Source: Octopus vulgaris
Taxonomy: Eukaryota
Direction: 5' to 3'
Assembly (NCBI GenBank): GCA_951406725.2
Contig: OX597829.1
Span: forward strand, 33,418,001-33,482,000
Length of the DNA stretch: 64,000 nt
Part shown: positions 26,774 to 40,937 of the stretch, one piece after another
Numbering within the stretch: position 1 is the stretch's first letter
How the letters are laid out: each line of letters begins with the position of its first letter
Notes under the pieces: model-generated
The model's database searches: none
The model's input: only the letters and a program-made list of their open reading frames with translations
Told to the model about the DNA's origin: nothing
Translations under genes and position numbers: made by a program

Positions 26774-27280
26774 TATACACACACACTCACACACATATAT
26801 ACATGTACACATAATCTGTATGTATGTATATATATCTATTATATACCATCAAAATGTTAGAGTGTTAATGGAGGATTGAAAAAGTGATTCATAATAAATT
26901 TAAGCAAGTATGGATGCAGTCATGATTATGAAATATGAAAGAAATCCAAAAGATCCAACAAGATCAAAAAATCCAAACTGGATTTTAAATGTAAAGATAT
27001 ACTCACTCAAATATCAATTAATCTCACACAAATATTATGTATGTATGTGTGTGTGTGTATACATATGTATATATGCATGTATGTATACACACATACATGT
27101 ATAATGTGTCTATATTTGTGAGGATGATTGGTTGGATGTGTATGTGTATATGTATATATTATATATTGCATATATCATGCGTAAATATATATATATGTCT
27201 ATTTACACACATGTTAATATGTATATAATAACAGAGATGCTTTCAAAATAATGACTATGACAAAACTGATATCTTGACTG

Positions 27281-27600
27281 AAATCTTTGACACTTTGCTG
27301 TACTCAAAAAGACTTGTTTACCACAGCAGAATTGATGCCAGTGCTGGTGTCACATAAAAATCACTGGTGTTAGTGCTACATAAAAAGCACTTCTGCTGGT
27401 ACCATGTCAAAAGCACTGGAGCTGGCGCCATATAAAAAGCACCTAATACACTCTGTAGAATGGCTGGTGCTAAGGAAGAGCATCCAGCTGTAGAAACCAT
27501 GCTAGAAACGACATCAGCCCCTAGCCATACCAGTTTCAGTCAAACCATCCAACCCATGCCTGCATAGAAAACGGATGTTAAATGATGATGATGAATACAA
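27281..27600 (+). mobile_element. RTE 3'UTR/tail fragment
   Basis: aaaaagcac repeats, gaagagcatccagctgtagaaacc and a (GAT)n tail. Confidence 0.65.
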
Positions 27601-27877
27601 TGACGATGAATCATTAACTTCAAAAGCTGTGTAACAACTGACCATAAGAATACAATACAATTTCAACCATCCCCGAAAAAAAGACCCCTTTCTCTCTCTG
27701 TTTTCTCTTTATTCCCTGTTGTTTTTATCTCTCTTTTCTTTTTTTCTCCCTGTTACCAAGCCTCCAGAAATTCACCATGCACACATATGTATGCATACAT
27801 ATAGAAAAAGAACATTCTCTCTCCCATTCAACTCCAGATTTTTTAACACACACACAGCCGAACCACTACTAAAACTA

Positions 27878-29113
27878 AAGATGAAATTTTGGGTGAGGAA
27901 GCAAGGTCTAGAATCAAACAGCCTTAGAGTTAACCTAGCAAAAACCAAAGTCTTAGTAAGCAGTAAAGCAGACGAATCACAAATCCCTTCAGGTAGATGG
28001 CCCTGCTTGATCTGTAGAAAAGACATAGGTAATAACTCCATGAGATGTACCCAGTGTAAGCTATGGACACATAAGAGGTGCAGCAATATCAGAGGAAGGT
28101 TAACAAGGAAACTAGTTTTTGTGTGTGGAAGGTGCACAGGTACAATAAACATTAGAAATGTACAGAAAATAGACTCAATCAAATGCCAGTGGGGATGAGC
28201 TCCTATCTCTGTTGGTAACAAAGGGCATTTTCCTCAGAGAGAAAGGCAGATTGTATGATGCCTGTATGCAAACAGCTATGCTACATGGCAGTGAAACATG
28301 GTCTGTGACTACCGAGGACATACTAGACTTGAAAGAACTGAAGCTAGTATGATTTACTGGATGTGCAATGTTAGTGTGTATGTATGACAGAGTGTAAGCA
28401 TTTTGAGAGAAAAGTTGGGTATAAGAGGCATCAGATGTGGTATAAAAGAGAGACAAATGTGTTGGTATGGTCATGTGATGCGGATGAATATGGACAGCTG
28501 TTTAAAGAAGTGCTGATCTCTAACAGTGGGGGGAAGCTGTGGAAGTGGTAGACCCAGGGAGACATGGGACGAGGTGGTGAAGCATGATCTTTGAACATTG
28601 GGTCTCATGGAGTCAACGACTAGTGACTGAGACCTCTCATGATATGCCATGCATAAGAAGACCTGTGAAGCCAAGTGAAATCATAGTTGTGGCTGTTATT
28701 GGTGTTATGTAACTGGCACCCATACCAGTGGCACATAAAAAACATTTTTCAAATGTTGGTACTCATGGAGGCAATGTGGAAGATGCTGATTTCATGTATA
28801 AGCACCTTTCGAGTGTTGGGCCTCAAAGAGGCTATGACAGATGATCAAAACCTTTGACAATATGCTGTGCTTGAGAAGAAGACTCACCAAGCCAAGTGAA
28901 AACGTAGTCGTGACAGATACTGGTGTCACGTGACTGGTGACACGTAAAAGCACCCATTACTCTTTCGGAAGGATTAGCGTTAGGAAGAGCATCCAACCGT
29001 TGCAACCACACCAAATCAGACTGGAGACAGGTGTAGCCCTTCAGTTTACCAGTCCTGGTCAAACCATCCAAACCATGCCAGCATGAACAACAGACGTTAA
29101 ATGACGATGATGA
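27878..29113 (+). mobile_element. 5'-truncated, older RTE copy including PHD-like finger, thumb, 3'UTR and (GAT)n tail
   Basis: KQGLESNSLRVNLAKTKVL..GRWPCLICRK..CTQCKLWTHKRC..FVCGRC is homologous to 42630-42870. Has an internal deletion near 28195. Confidence 0.85.
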
Positions 29114-29149
29114 TATATGAAATAAGGCATAAATTTTCTGTAAAAATAT

Positions 29150-32000
29150 CATATCGGATGATTCTCCGAAACATGATGTGAGCGCTAACCTCCTTTTTCT
29201 TTATATATATAAACCGGTGCACTCGAAAAAATATCTTGTGGTATTCGTTTCAACCGAGTTGTCATTCGGAATTACAATGAAACAATAATTGGCACGTTGA
29301 AAAAATAGGCACCAGTTAAACACTGCGGCCGACGCAATGCTACTACCATGGTCGCAGTCCAATGACTGAAGCCAGTAACGATATATATATGGCAATCTTT
29401 CGTTTTTGACTCATATAGAAGACCAGGTAAAAAAAAAAATGTATGAAGTGAGGAAAATTGGAGGAAATCTTTAACATTCAGATCATACCCTAGTGCGTGT
29501 GGCAGTATGGTTACGAACTGGAACTCACTGTGCGGTACCTTGGGCAAGTTGCTGGTTAAGTTCATTTCGTTCTTTCTCAAACGAAGGTCAAGGTCTGAAA
29601 TGACAATTGAACTTATTGAACCCCAATGGTCTTTCTTACTAGAAATACAAACCAACGAGACAGCCTCTACATCAAATTCTGAAACGTCCCGTGAATCAAA
29701 CTAAGGTTTTTAAGAAAAACCCACACCGACTAGTGTTTTTAATAAATGAATAAAATACGGGTGGTCATGTTGGAACGTCTTTATCATAGGTATGTTAGAT
29801 TAGGACTATCATATGGCTAAGCAATAAGTAGAAAATGTATTATATACCCTGTGCCTTAATAAATAATAGGATGGTTACGGTTGGAAAACTTTAATCCTAG
29901 GTCAGCTGGTTCAGGACTGACTGAGGCTGAACAATAATAATTAGCAAGCACCAAAAAAGGACACAGATAATTTAGTTCGGGATATACTATGTTCGAAATA
30001 AAAGACAAGACACATTTAGAACATCAATTACAATGTAGTCCAAGATGATATACTATCTAAATTTAAAAACATTGTGGTCACAGACGGAATATCTTTGATC
30101 TTACATCTGCTGGATCACCAATGGAACTAAATAACAACACACACATATGATAATACAGCTTTGGTAGAACAAACATATAAAAGTATGTGTGGGTGTATAT
30201 ACGCACGCACACACGCGCGCGCGCACACACACACACACACACTCAAACACATAAACATATAAACGTAATTGGATCAAAAAAGTAATTTAGCAAACTTACA
30301 CAGTAACAGAGGTTTCAGGTTCAAGTTCGGCTCCCAGAATCATCATTCTAATCATCGTCGTATTAATTAACAGCCAGGTAATTAATGATGATTAATAATA
30401 TAGACAAGAAATTTTTTGAGGGTGGGTGTTACGTTATAGTCGACCCCAGCTCGATGACACAGTTATTTAACTTGTATTATGTATAAATAAATAACATAAA
30501 AGCCAATCAGGACAGCAGAGTAATGTAAAGAGTTTCGGTTAAGGAAAGTCTGATACAGATTTTATATGAAGTCGGTTACTGAGTAAGGTGACAATAACAG
30601 AGAAATAACGCGAGCTATAGTGAGGTTGACAGTAGAGAGAAAGAGATAGAATGAGAGAGAGAGAGAGAGAGAGAGGTGTTACATGTAGTTTGAGTGAGAG
30701 GAAGAGTAGCAGACGGTTTGAGAATGAGGTAAGGACGAGTAAAAGCAGAAAGAAAGTGTTTCAGAGAGAATAGGTAAACTGGAACGAAACGAAACAGGTT
30801 TCATCAACAATAGCTATTAGAAGGAGGAGGTGACGAGGAAAACAAAGTTTGAAGATGGGGTAAAAACAAATGAAAACTTCGACAGAGGAAATGATCAAAA
30901 TGAAACGAAACGAAAAAAAAACATGGTGTTTTAGAAACAGAAACTGGTTGAAGGAGTTACAAATGCATACACGCACGTTTATAGCTTGCCTACACCCCTA
31001 TCATATGTATGTTTAATTAGTACCAATAAAAAATGGGAAATATATAAGAAGAAATAGTTGTAAAGAAACGAAACGAATATTTCAGGTGAAAAGAAGAAAA
31101 AAAAAAGAAAATCGGAAAAACTCAGAAGGCGGAATGGAAAAAGATAAACTGGTAAATGTGAGCATTCATAGATATGGGGAAACAAGTAGATGGCCGAGAC
31201 GAAACAAGGGAAACTAATTGCGAATATGTTGGCTGCAAACACACACACTCATTAATCTATCTATATATAAAGCTGATTGTATCGTCCATTCTATGTATGT
31301 CTTTATGGATAATAAAAAATCAAGGTTTGGTAGCCTTCAACTAACACTATCTCCTCCGAGACGGAAGGCTTGCTCTTCCTTCCGTAGCAGAAAAAAATTC
31401 AAATCGGACCATGTTAACACCAAAAATTATCTACATCAAAAAGGTGCTTTTTTTCTAGGAAAATCCCTATTTTTTATGATGCTGTGTCGCCATTTTTCGG
31501 TGTATTTCAACCAGAAAAATGTTTACTCAAAGAGAATAACAAGCTATATAATGCAAAATTTTTACTTTTCAAAAAATCCAATTCTAAAGGGTCGAAACAA
31601 ACCCGAGCAACGCCGGGCGATACTGCTAGTTTCTATATAAAATAGACATTGTCAACAGAAGGTATGTAAAGAACCAGAAAAGGCTGGAACAAATGAAACG
31701 AAATTGATAGTAAAGAGAATATCTTTATAGCTTCGAAAGAAAGCGAGGCTTCATACTTTTATTATGCTTTCGAAGTTATAGGTAGAGTAAGTAGTTTCGT
31801 TGAACGAGAAAAAAATTACACGCACTCGTGTTCATACGTAATTGATATCAAATAAAGAGAATTACCAAAATATAACGATACGAGGCCATGTTTTCTTTTA
31901 TAAATTTATAGGTCCGTGGTACGTACACACGAAGTATATTGCATACACATATGGTGGAACTAGTGTTCTCAATATTCTAAGGAAACACCTCAGATCTGGT
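29150..32000. promoter_or_regulatory. CpG-retaining zone, candidate unmethylated promoter/first-exon region
   Basis: CG dinucleotides are visibly frequent here compared with CpG-poor flanks (not quantified). Candidate minus-strand donor GTAAGT at ~30294-30299. Confidence 0.35.
31256..31629 (+). mobile_element. Non-autonomous Helitron, ~370 bp
   Basis: 5' a|TCtatctatatataaagctg, 3' hairpin cccgagcaacgccggg then ..actgCTAG|t. Confidence 0.8.
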
Positions 32001-32884
32001 TTGTAATAGAAACCAGATTGTAAAAATATCAAAATTAAAGGAAAACATGACTGCATTTTATTTGTAATATTATTCTTTTCTTTTTCAATACTTTCTAAAT
32101 ATCTTTTGATTATAATTCCTTCTTTTAAGTCCCTAATTCTTTTCTGGATTCCCATGTAGGGGAATGAGGGGCCAGCTGTAGATTTCAATCCTGTGTTGGA
32201 ATTTCATCAGTATCTGATTATCCTATTTAACTGTGTAGCAGGATGCGAACTCGCATTGTTTCATTACAAATTTCAAGCCACAACATAACAATGGATTGAT
32301 TATGTGTGCAGCTGAGCTAATGTCCAATCAGTGGCTATTGTTCATATGATAGCTTCCCCAGATTGTTCTAGATGATTCCCTGAACATAGCCTGTAAAAAG
32401 AGTAGCTAAAAGTGCCAATTTGTAGAGTGTTAGAGATATTGGACTAGAACATAATCTCCACTCCTGCCAAACGAATGTATTCTTGAGAGTGTTACATAAT
32501 ACACACTCCTCCTCTGCCTTTCAATTGACTATATGCTCAACTCATATGTAACTGTCAGGCAGACATGATACTACACATATTTTCATCATGGTAAAACCAG
32601 CCCCAGTGGTAAACCTTGGATAGCCATTTTTTTTACGTGTTGTACTACACTATTTTCATCTTGTTGATTCTACATGTATATCATAATGCATGAACATCTC
32701 TTTATGATTTGTGCAGCATAATAAATCATGTTTGCAATATTTCATGACAGTTTTTAAAGTTCTGATTTCAAATTCTGCTGGGATTCGTAAAATACTTCTG
32801 TAAGGTATTCTAAATGTGAAGAGAATTAGAACAGAAGACTCTTCAAAATAGAGACCACATCATCTAACGTGGGAACTCCTATAA

Positions 32885-33139
32885 TAGTGGTTTTCAACTG
32901 GGGTCCACATGGCCCTTCGGAGTCCTCATAAGATTTTGCGGTTAAAATTTATCTGCAATAAATTGGTTATACTTCTGCAATACACAAAATGTTTTAACAA
33001 TTTTTTAAATACAGTTTCCAAAAATATTTAATTATAAAAACAATAAAATTCTTTTAAACATTGAATGGCTATGAGGGTCCATCTGAGTAAAATAGGAATC
33101 AAAAGGGTTCATAGGTAAAAAAATGGTTGAGAAATACTG
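32885..33139. mobile_element. hAT-type MITE with 8-bp TSD
   Basis: TIRs tagtggttttcaac / gttgagaaatactg. TSD TCCTATAA at 32877-32884 and 33140-33147. Confidence 0.85.
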
Positions 33140-34199
33140 TCCTATAATGTCTATTGACTTGTTTTCAATGTCTCCACTAAATCTCTCGTCAAAATAGGGC
33201 CTACATGATCCTATTTGTTCTTTTTAGCTTGGTTTGGAAGAGACAACTGTGCTTAGGGTTTTTTGCAGGCCCTTCAAAACCAGTAAAATTGATGCTTAAA
33301 TTGTTGCTATTGATGATAGCAGAAAAGCATGTGCAAGGAGAGAATTCCAGGTGCCAGCATTTTGGGAAGAAGAGACTGGGTGTAAAAGTTAGTGCAAGGT
33401 CTAGGAGTCAGGCACATCATAGCTGAGGAAAAGGACAAGTGAGTTGAGAAAGTCTGAACAGAGCATGAGATCAGCTTGTTCTACAGACTGACAAATCCTC
33501 CCCACCCTAGCAATGTACATATATTACATACAGTATCATCAAATATTTAAAATCTCAATATAACTACTAAATTTTCTTTAATAAATGTTCTATTGCCTTT
33601 AAAACAGGGACCAAAAGTAATCTTTAAGCAAGATTTTCTGTTGTCACTTGACCTTATTCAATGTAGTAGACAAACACTCACATTTAAACCCTAAATGTGT
33701 TGAAGTGGGGACTGCATTAGTCTGTTAAGGAATTCCTCTGTCAAGAGTTGATAAAACTTTTTAATGCAGCAAAATTTTTTAATGCATTGCATTACTGTTT
33801 GAGCATTCTTTTTGTAACAAAGTGCAATGTGTATCCTTCTCTCCATTTGAAAACAATTTTTGAAAATCTGATAATGTACCATAACACTTTTAGCATTTTA
33901 TTCATTGAGCAGTGGATTGGAAAAGAAAATCTTAAAAATCATTGTTATATGTTGTTATTTGGCCAGCCAAGTGTTACAGTTATTCATTGCAACAAACTCC
34001 CAAATGTCCTTAAATACACTGTTCTATGACCTTTCAAAAACATTCTTAAGATCAACTTTGTCTATCTTACCAGTCTTGAGAGTGGGGTACAACAAAGGCA
34101 ATGAATACAACTTCTAAAATTATTACTTGGCCAAGTTTGTCCTACTGACCACTGACCAAGTCTGTCTTGCTAACTACTGAGCAGAAAGAACATTGCATT

Positions 34200-35036
34200 G
34201 AAGTCGGTCAGGATCTCCATTAGTGTGTCACTGATGACCTATCCTTCATATCAAGGATCATCACCAGTGACAAGAGTTAGGCCTATGAGTACAACCCTGA
34301 AATGAAGTAGTAGTTGTCACAATGGAAGAGCCCTTCATCTCCATGACTGAAGATGGTATGACAGAGCTGCAGCTCAATCAAGAGCATGCCCATTGTTTTT
34401 TTCAACATCTGCAGTATTGTGCATTAAGAATTTGTCCCCCCCCCCCAGGGCCAGACCGTTAATTGAGAGTTCAACTGTGATGTTTTGAAGCATTTGAAAG
34501 AGGACATTCAACAAAAGTGACCAGATCTGCAGGACATGAAGAACTGGATTCTTCATAACAACAATAGACACTGTCACTGAGCTCCCATCACTTGCCCAAA
34601 ACAATATGGTATCACTTCTGCACTTGTCCATTTCACCAGATTTAGCACCTGCAGACTTCCATCTCATCCCCAAGATGAAAATGCAGCTCAAAAGTAGCCA
34701 TTTTAACACCATTGTTGAAATCCAGAGCAAATCGCAGAAAGTCTTAAACTTGCTTATGGGAAACAACTTCCAGACCGGATTCGAAAAATGGCTGGAAGGC
34801 TGGGACCTATGTATTGCTACATAAAATGACTATTTTGAAGGAGGTGATGTTAAAACTTAAGTATAGGCGCAGGAGTGGCTGTGTGGTAAGTAGCTTGCTT
34901 ACCAACCACATGGTTCCAGGTTCAGTCCCACTGCATGGCACCTTGGGCAAGTGTCTTCTACTATAGCCTCGGGCCGTCCAAAGCCTTGTCAGTGGATTTG
35001 GTAGACGGAAACTGAAAGAAGCCCGTCGTATATCTG

Positions 35037-35067
<31 letters not shown>

Positions 35068-35330
35068 ATGTTTGTGTGTCTGTGTTTGTCCCCCTAGCAT
35101 TGCTTGACAACCGATGCTGGTGTGTTTACGTCCCAGTAACTTAGCGGTTCAGCAAAGAGACCGATAGAATAAGTACTGGGCTTACAAAGAATAAGTCCCG
35201 GGGTCGATTTTCCTCAACTAAAGGTGGTGCTCCAGCATGGCCGCAGTCAAATGACTGAAACAAGTAAAAGAGTGAATAAGTTATTTTTTATTAAGCATAA
35301 CTGGTCCAGGAACTCTTTGATACCACCTCA
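34200..35330 (+). mobile_element. Mariner (DD34D) transposon 3' part, interrupted by a SINE
   Basis: ISRIITSDKS*AYEYNPE..QGQTVN..WILHNNN..SPDLAPADFHLIPKMK..WDLCIAT*NDYFEG. The terminal aactctttgataccacctca|ta lies after the SINE. Confidence 0.8.
34865..35272 (+). mobile_element. Major SINE, full length
   Basis: Same head, core and tail as 26383-26773. Confidence 0.9.
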
Positions 35331-37037
35331 TATAAATACAAACCCTCTTGGAAACAAGGGGTCAGTTGTTTCTACTTTCAGACACTGCACATCTTTCTAT
35401 TTATAGCAAATAACTTCTTAATATCCACAACATATGCAATTATTACTAAAAGTGCACGGATTTTGCCATTGTTATTTTCCCCTTACTACTGTAAAACAGC
35501 TAACGACTACAGCCTTTTGTATTCACAAGAAATGTATTCACAAGAAAATAAAATCTGTAAGAAATAATTTACTTCTTTCCGTGGATTTTTATGGTGTATT
35601 TTACACGGTATCATGAAGTTTAAATAATCTAACGGTAACACAACCTGTTACAGATTTCCTGTTTCTAACACTTTGCATTCAGAGTGTGAAAACAGGTTTT
35701 TCTAAATATATAAATGCTTCTGTAGTTGCTACAAATTTTGTGTGCCCAGTTTCAGGCTGTATAGCCCACCTTGTACATCACCATATTAGGCAACTCACTG
35801 TAATACACACACACACACACAGCTATACCAACTACATATAGAATTGTGTTTTATGTAATTCTAATGATAGGCTTTCAGGCTGACATTCTTTATAATTGGT
35901 ACAGATTACTTTAACTTATGAATATATAAATATATAAAACTCAGTCATCACATCTCTGATATTCCCTTTACAACCTTGTCACATGATAGCTAAGACTCCT
36001 CTCAACAAACTCTGAGCTGTTTTTCAAATAGAGTCTGCATGATTTAATGAGGAACATCAAATCATTTGCAGCTAAAGCTCCCTCGACAAACTACCTACTG
36101 ATTTTAAAATAATAAACACACAGGACAGTGATGGAGCTTCTATTTAACCATTTGACCTAATTCATTTACAGCGGCCACATCTCCCTTTAACAAACTACCT
36201 ACCGTCTTTAAAATAATGGATGGAGTATCACAATACTTTTATCATTTATTCAGTGTGCTGTAGCTTGAAAATCAATGTTCTATATAGTTACTTGACTAGT
36301 TATGGGTAATAACTATTTCTCCTCAACAAGCTTTGAAATCAGAATCTTTCATCATACTAGTACATACTAGTACATACTAGCTAGTACACAGTCTTCTGAA
36401 GAGCCTATATATATGTGGTAGTTACTGAAGTTGATTGTGACAAAGTTTCAGAATAAGAATATTAAAAAAAACCATTGAATTACTTTCTAAATTGGATGAT
36501 TTTTTTCCTGTGTGTGCTACATTTATGTGGGGCCATTTTTACCCTTATTTTGGAGAAAATCACTTTCCATCATGAATATTTTCGCCATCAGACAATTTTC
36601 AAAAAAATATTTTGAAATATGGCATCCATTGAATTGGTTCTATGATGAAACTTCTACAAAAAATAGTTGCAATATTTACATCTTCATCCCACCTCAGAAA
36701 AACATTCTATACATTTAAAATATAGAAAATAAAAGAAACTGACAGTTACATTGATGAAAGCATTTACAGAAGTAGACATTTGTACTTTGACAAGGTTCAC
36801 AAGTAGTGACAGTCATAATTTTAATAACAACTTGCTTTGTTAGTGTGGCCAACAAGAAAAAGTCACTGAACAAATGTCTACTCTAGGTAAAAATAAAAAT
36901 AAAACCAAAAAAAATGTATTGCCTCCTGTCCCAGAAATACGTAAGAATTTGACTAGGAAGAGAGAAACATAATTTACATCTGTCTTGCCAATAGTGTAGA
37001 TGAGTTGTTCTTATTTGTTTTTATGTAGTTTTACACA

Positions 37038-37077
<40 letters not shown>

Positions 37078-37140
37078 AGCACATAAGTGCAAGGCAAGGT
37101 GGAAAAAATAGTACTTGAATACCAAAGGTAGTGTAATATG

Positions 37141-37200
37141 CTTTTATTAAAGCTGCAAAATTATCACAGTTTTGTGATAATATTGCAGCTTTAATAAAAG
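37141..37200. repeat. 60-bp near-perfect hairpin
   Basis: cttttattaaagctgcaaaattatcaca gttt tgtgataatattgcagctttaataaaag. Confidence 0.85.
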
Positions 37201-37204
37201 TAGA

Positions 37205-38762
37205 TACAAATATATTTGAGGACAGATTTATGTTTAAAAAATAAATATATAGACATAGGAGTGGCTGTGTGGTAAGTAGCTTGCTTACAAACTAAATGGT
37301 TCCGGGTTCAGTCCCACTGCGTGGCACCTTGGGTAAGTGTCTTCTACTATAGCCTCAGTCTGACCAATGCCTTGTGAGTGGATTTAGTAGATGGAAACTG
37401 AAAGAAGCCTGTCATATATATGTATATATATGTGTGTGTGTGTTTGTGTGTCTGTGTTTGTACCCCCAACATCGCTTGACAACCGATGTTGGAGTGTTTA
37501 CGTCTCCGTAACTTAGCGGTTCAGCAAAAGAGACCAATAGAATAAGTACTAAGCTTACAAAGAATAAGTCCTGGGGTCGATTTGCTCGACTAAAAGGTGG
37601 TGCTCCTGCATGGCCACAGTCACATGACTGAAACAAGTAAAAGAATATAATATCAAAAGATACTATGAGGATAACAATAAACCTTTTCTATAATGTAATT
37701 CAATAAAACCACCTTCAACTTTAACAGCTGCTTCTATATGAGATCTAAATCATCTACATGCTTGAATCAAGTGGTCCTGGATCATTTTGGACATTACTCT
37801 GACTATGGCAGCTTTCAAAGAATCTTTGGTGTTATGAGCATGTTCATTGGCCCCTCTTTCAACAACACTGCACATGTAATAGTCCAATGGATTGAGATCT
37901 GGGGAATTAGGAGGCCAAATGTTAGGGGTTATGTCGTACTGAACCACATATGGCCTTCCATTGCATACACTGTCTATCCTGGGCTTAACAGTTATTTCCA
38001 AGACCTCAGTGTAGGCGGCAGAGTTAACATTAAGGCCTTGTGGAAAGAAGTAAGGAGGCATCACATGTCCATTGCTGACAACCCCTAAAACCATGACAGT
38101 TGCAGGAAATTTTGTATGCATAATGCTTAGAACTTCAGAAGGGTCTGCATATAACCATCTGTCACTGCTTCTGTTAACTTTTTGATCTTGGTCAAAGTTT
38201 TCCTCATTTGAGAAAAACCAAATCAAATCTTCTGCTGAATTTTTCAGTTTATTTAAGAACTTTTAGATCTAATGTAGTGATTTTCTTTTGCTTTTTCTGA
38301 CAAATTGACCTTTCCTCATCATATAAGATATATCTGATGTCTTCATCGACAACATTTCTGACTGTTCCTTCTGACACAGAGATCTTTTGCAATTGATCTC
38401 ATAGACTTTCTGGGATTGTAATCAATGGTCTGTTGAACTTGCTGGATAAATCCAGGTGTTCTGATGATTTCAGAGCATTTAGAATGCTTTTTATGCTTTG
38501 ATACTGGTGATATGTTTCCACCTCCAGTCTCTAGCAGTTCCTTACAAACTTTGTAGATGAAAGATCTAGAAACTTTTAAGAATTGAGATATTTCTAAATT
38601 GCTATACTTAGCCTTTATAACCACAATAACAGCATGCCTCTTCATCTCTTGAGTAAGTTGAGGCTCTGCCATTATTATTTTCTGAAACAAAGATTACACA
38701 GAATTAGTAAAAATGCAGCAATGACCCCAAAAGGTATGTCCTCAAATATCTTATGCACCCTG
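37205..38762 (-). mobile_element. Tc1/mariner (maT/DD37D-like) transposon, near full length, SINE inserted
   Basis: ORFs 38343-38690 (HTH, NPRKSMRSIAKDL) and 37750-38226 (WFFSNEENF..WPPNSPDLNPLDY). TIR tgtcctcaaatatcttatgcaccctg|ta at 38736-38762 and partial atatttgaggaca at 37212. Confidence 0.8.
37251..37643 (+). mobile_element. Major SINE, full length
   Basis: Same family as 26383-26773. Confidence 0.9.
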
Positions 38763-38763
38763 T

Positions 38764-38913
<150 letters not shown>

Positions 38914-38941
38914 TTAAATCTTTAAATTGTTTCGGCTTTAA

Positions 38942-40119
38942 TCTTTATATATATAAAACTGAGAATGTGTGTCTGTCTGTGTGTTTCCCTAAAACTTGAG
39001 AACTACACAACCAATTTCATTCAAATTTTACACATGCCTTACTTAGGGTCCGGGGAGTGTCATCAGCAAAACAAATTTTGAACTTTTTGCCTAGAGCGAG
39101 CTCACAGCAATATCATATCTTCTCCACTACAATTCCCTAAAACTTGAGAACTACTCAACCAATTCCATTCAAATTTTACACATGCCTTACTTAGGGTCCA
39201 TGTAGTTTCATGGGCAAAAGAAATGTTCAACTTCTTGCCTAGAGCGAGCCCATAGCAATATCATATCTTCTCCACTATTTCAGTATTACGTGTTAAAAGT
39301 GAAACAAAAACGTTCCTCTATTTTATGTCAGATACTTTCACTTTAACAATAAAAATAATAATAACAATTGAATTATATGTAGTAAGTAATAATTAAAATC
39401 AAACTAAAATATAATATAATCGTAACATAACAAAAGTAAAAATAGCAATTGGTATAAAATTGCATCAATGACTTGAACTTGAATAAGTAGTTTCACATGA
39501 ATGGGAATAAATTAAAAATAAAATTAGCGTGCAGAAATAGAATAGTCCAGATGGATAATAAAAAATTAAATTAAAGAAAAGACTATTGTCTATAAAGTAT
39601 ACAATGTAGAGAAAAAAGAAGATTTGAACACATGGATGAAAGCACCTTCGAAAAGTGTCTTGGTGCGACTATGAAAGATATCTAATCAGAGGCGGTAAAT
39701 TCGCCACAATAGAAGCAAGGTTCGAGTCAACGGAGCGTGCAAGGGAGTACTCGACTCGAACTTGCAAAGTGGAAATATTTTATTTTTACCTTTATATCTG
39801 GGACATATGACGTCCCGAAAAAAAATTAAAAATACCCCCCCCCCCCCGAAGTAGAGGTAGGCTGGATTGTAGCCACACTTCTATACAAGAGGGTGGACAA
39901 GATACAATTGATTGAAATTACAAGAGACGGGCTAACAATTCCAGTCTGTTATATATTTTGAGTATTGTTATCACTAGCGATATCAAGATATAACTTTGTA
40001 TTTTGCATTTTATGTGTAGATGTATATATATAGATGTACATGTAATATGTACACATATATATACACATATATACATGCACTAGCACTATGACCCGGCAAC
40101 GACGGGTCTTTTATGCTAG
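38942..40119 (+). mobile_element. Non-autonomous Helitron, ~1.18 kb, complete
   Basis: 5' a|TCtttatatatataaaac, 3' hairpin gacccg-gcaacga-cgggtc (40090-40108) then CTAG|t, no TSD. Internal ~150-bp tandem duplication at 38985-39280. Confidence 0.85.
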
Positions 40120-40139
40120 TATATATATGTATATATGCT

Positions 40140-40260
40140 ATTAATCAGTTTATTTCAAGATTTCTTGTCAATAGAGAAAGAATCGATTTCTAACCTAGAT
40201 CCAAGGCTCTTTCATTGGAATTTCAACATCAACAATAGGGTATTTTTGTTTGTATGTATG

Positions 40261-40292
<32 letters not shown>

Positions 40293-40830
40293 AATGTATG
40301 TATGTACGTATGTACGTATGTATACGTGCAGATTTGTATGTTTTGCTTTATGTATGTATTCTCATGCATATAGTTGCATATCTAGACATGATCATATATA
40401 TTTAAATGATAAACTCTTAGAAATTTTTACAGTTCCAGTGATGGACTGGATCTGTAGTCCTCAAATTAGCTTTCTCCTTACTGGTTTTGAGAAGCCTATT
40501 TTCTCAAGATTGGTGTTTAGGCAGTGTGTTACATATCTCAGTGTTCCAATAATTACAGGTATTAACCTGAACTTGTAATCTGGATAGAGTAACTGTAGAT
40601 TTCTCAATAGTTCAGTATAGGTGTTCTCTTTTTCACTGATCTTTAGCTTTATGTTAACATCTGTTGGGCAGCTAATTTCTACAACTGTACACAGTTTCTC
40701 TTCTTTATATCAGGTATGTTGTGCTTACATTTTCTTCAGGTTTTCACTGGTACATTCCACCAGTATTCCTTTTTATTATGAGTGGCTATGGCTTCTACCA
40801 TATTGTGGGTTCTTATTTCTTTGTCCTCAT
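40140..40830 (-). pseudogene. R4/Dong-like non-LTR element: restriction-like endonuclease domain plus 3'UTR
   Basis: Minus strand EYWWNVPVKT..KHNIPDI / KEEKLCTVVEISCPTDVNIKLKISEKENTYTELLRNLQLLYPDYKFRLIPVIIGTL (PD..E..CP...K..Y RLE motif). Confidence 0.75.
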
Positions 40831-40903
40831 GTATGTATGTATGTATGTATGTATGTATGTATGTATGTATGTATGTATGTATGTATGTATGTATGTATGT
40901 ATG

Positions 40904-40937
<34 letters not shown>

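Larger units (their letters stand above)
23316..27790 (+). mobile_element. Fragmented Penelope-like retroelement (RT pseudogene ~23770-26310) with inverted upstream pLTR
   Basis: Coding relics: PDMGGMIMNMD..FYELPKNHKS; LKPLAPGPQSPTQ*LSHLFDIL; SFDVSNFYTSIP; YQQIKVTDTEMKFAPSYTNLVMG; HFLDDCFIF; LHLSIKFT. 23590-23730 is the reverse complement of 27232-27278 plus 27618-27700. Interrupted by RTE tails and a SINE. Confidence 0.8.

Noticed and set aside
33690-34180. Possible hAT transposase relic on the minus strand; possible hAT MITE at ~11237-11481
   Set aside because: Too degenerate, with no convincing motif, TIR pair or TSD.
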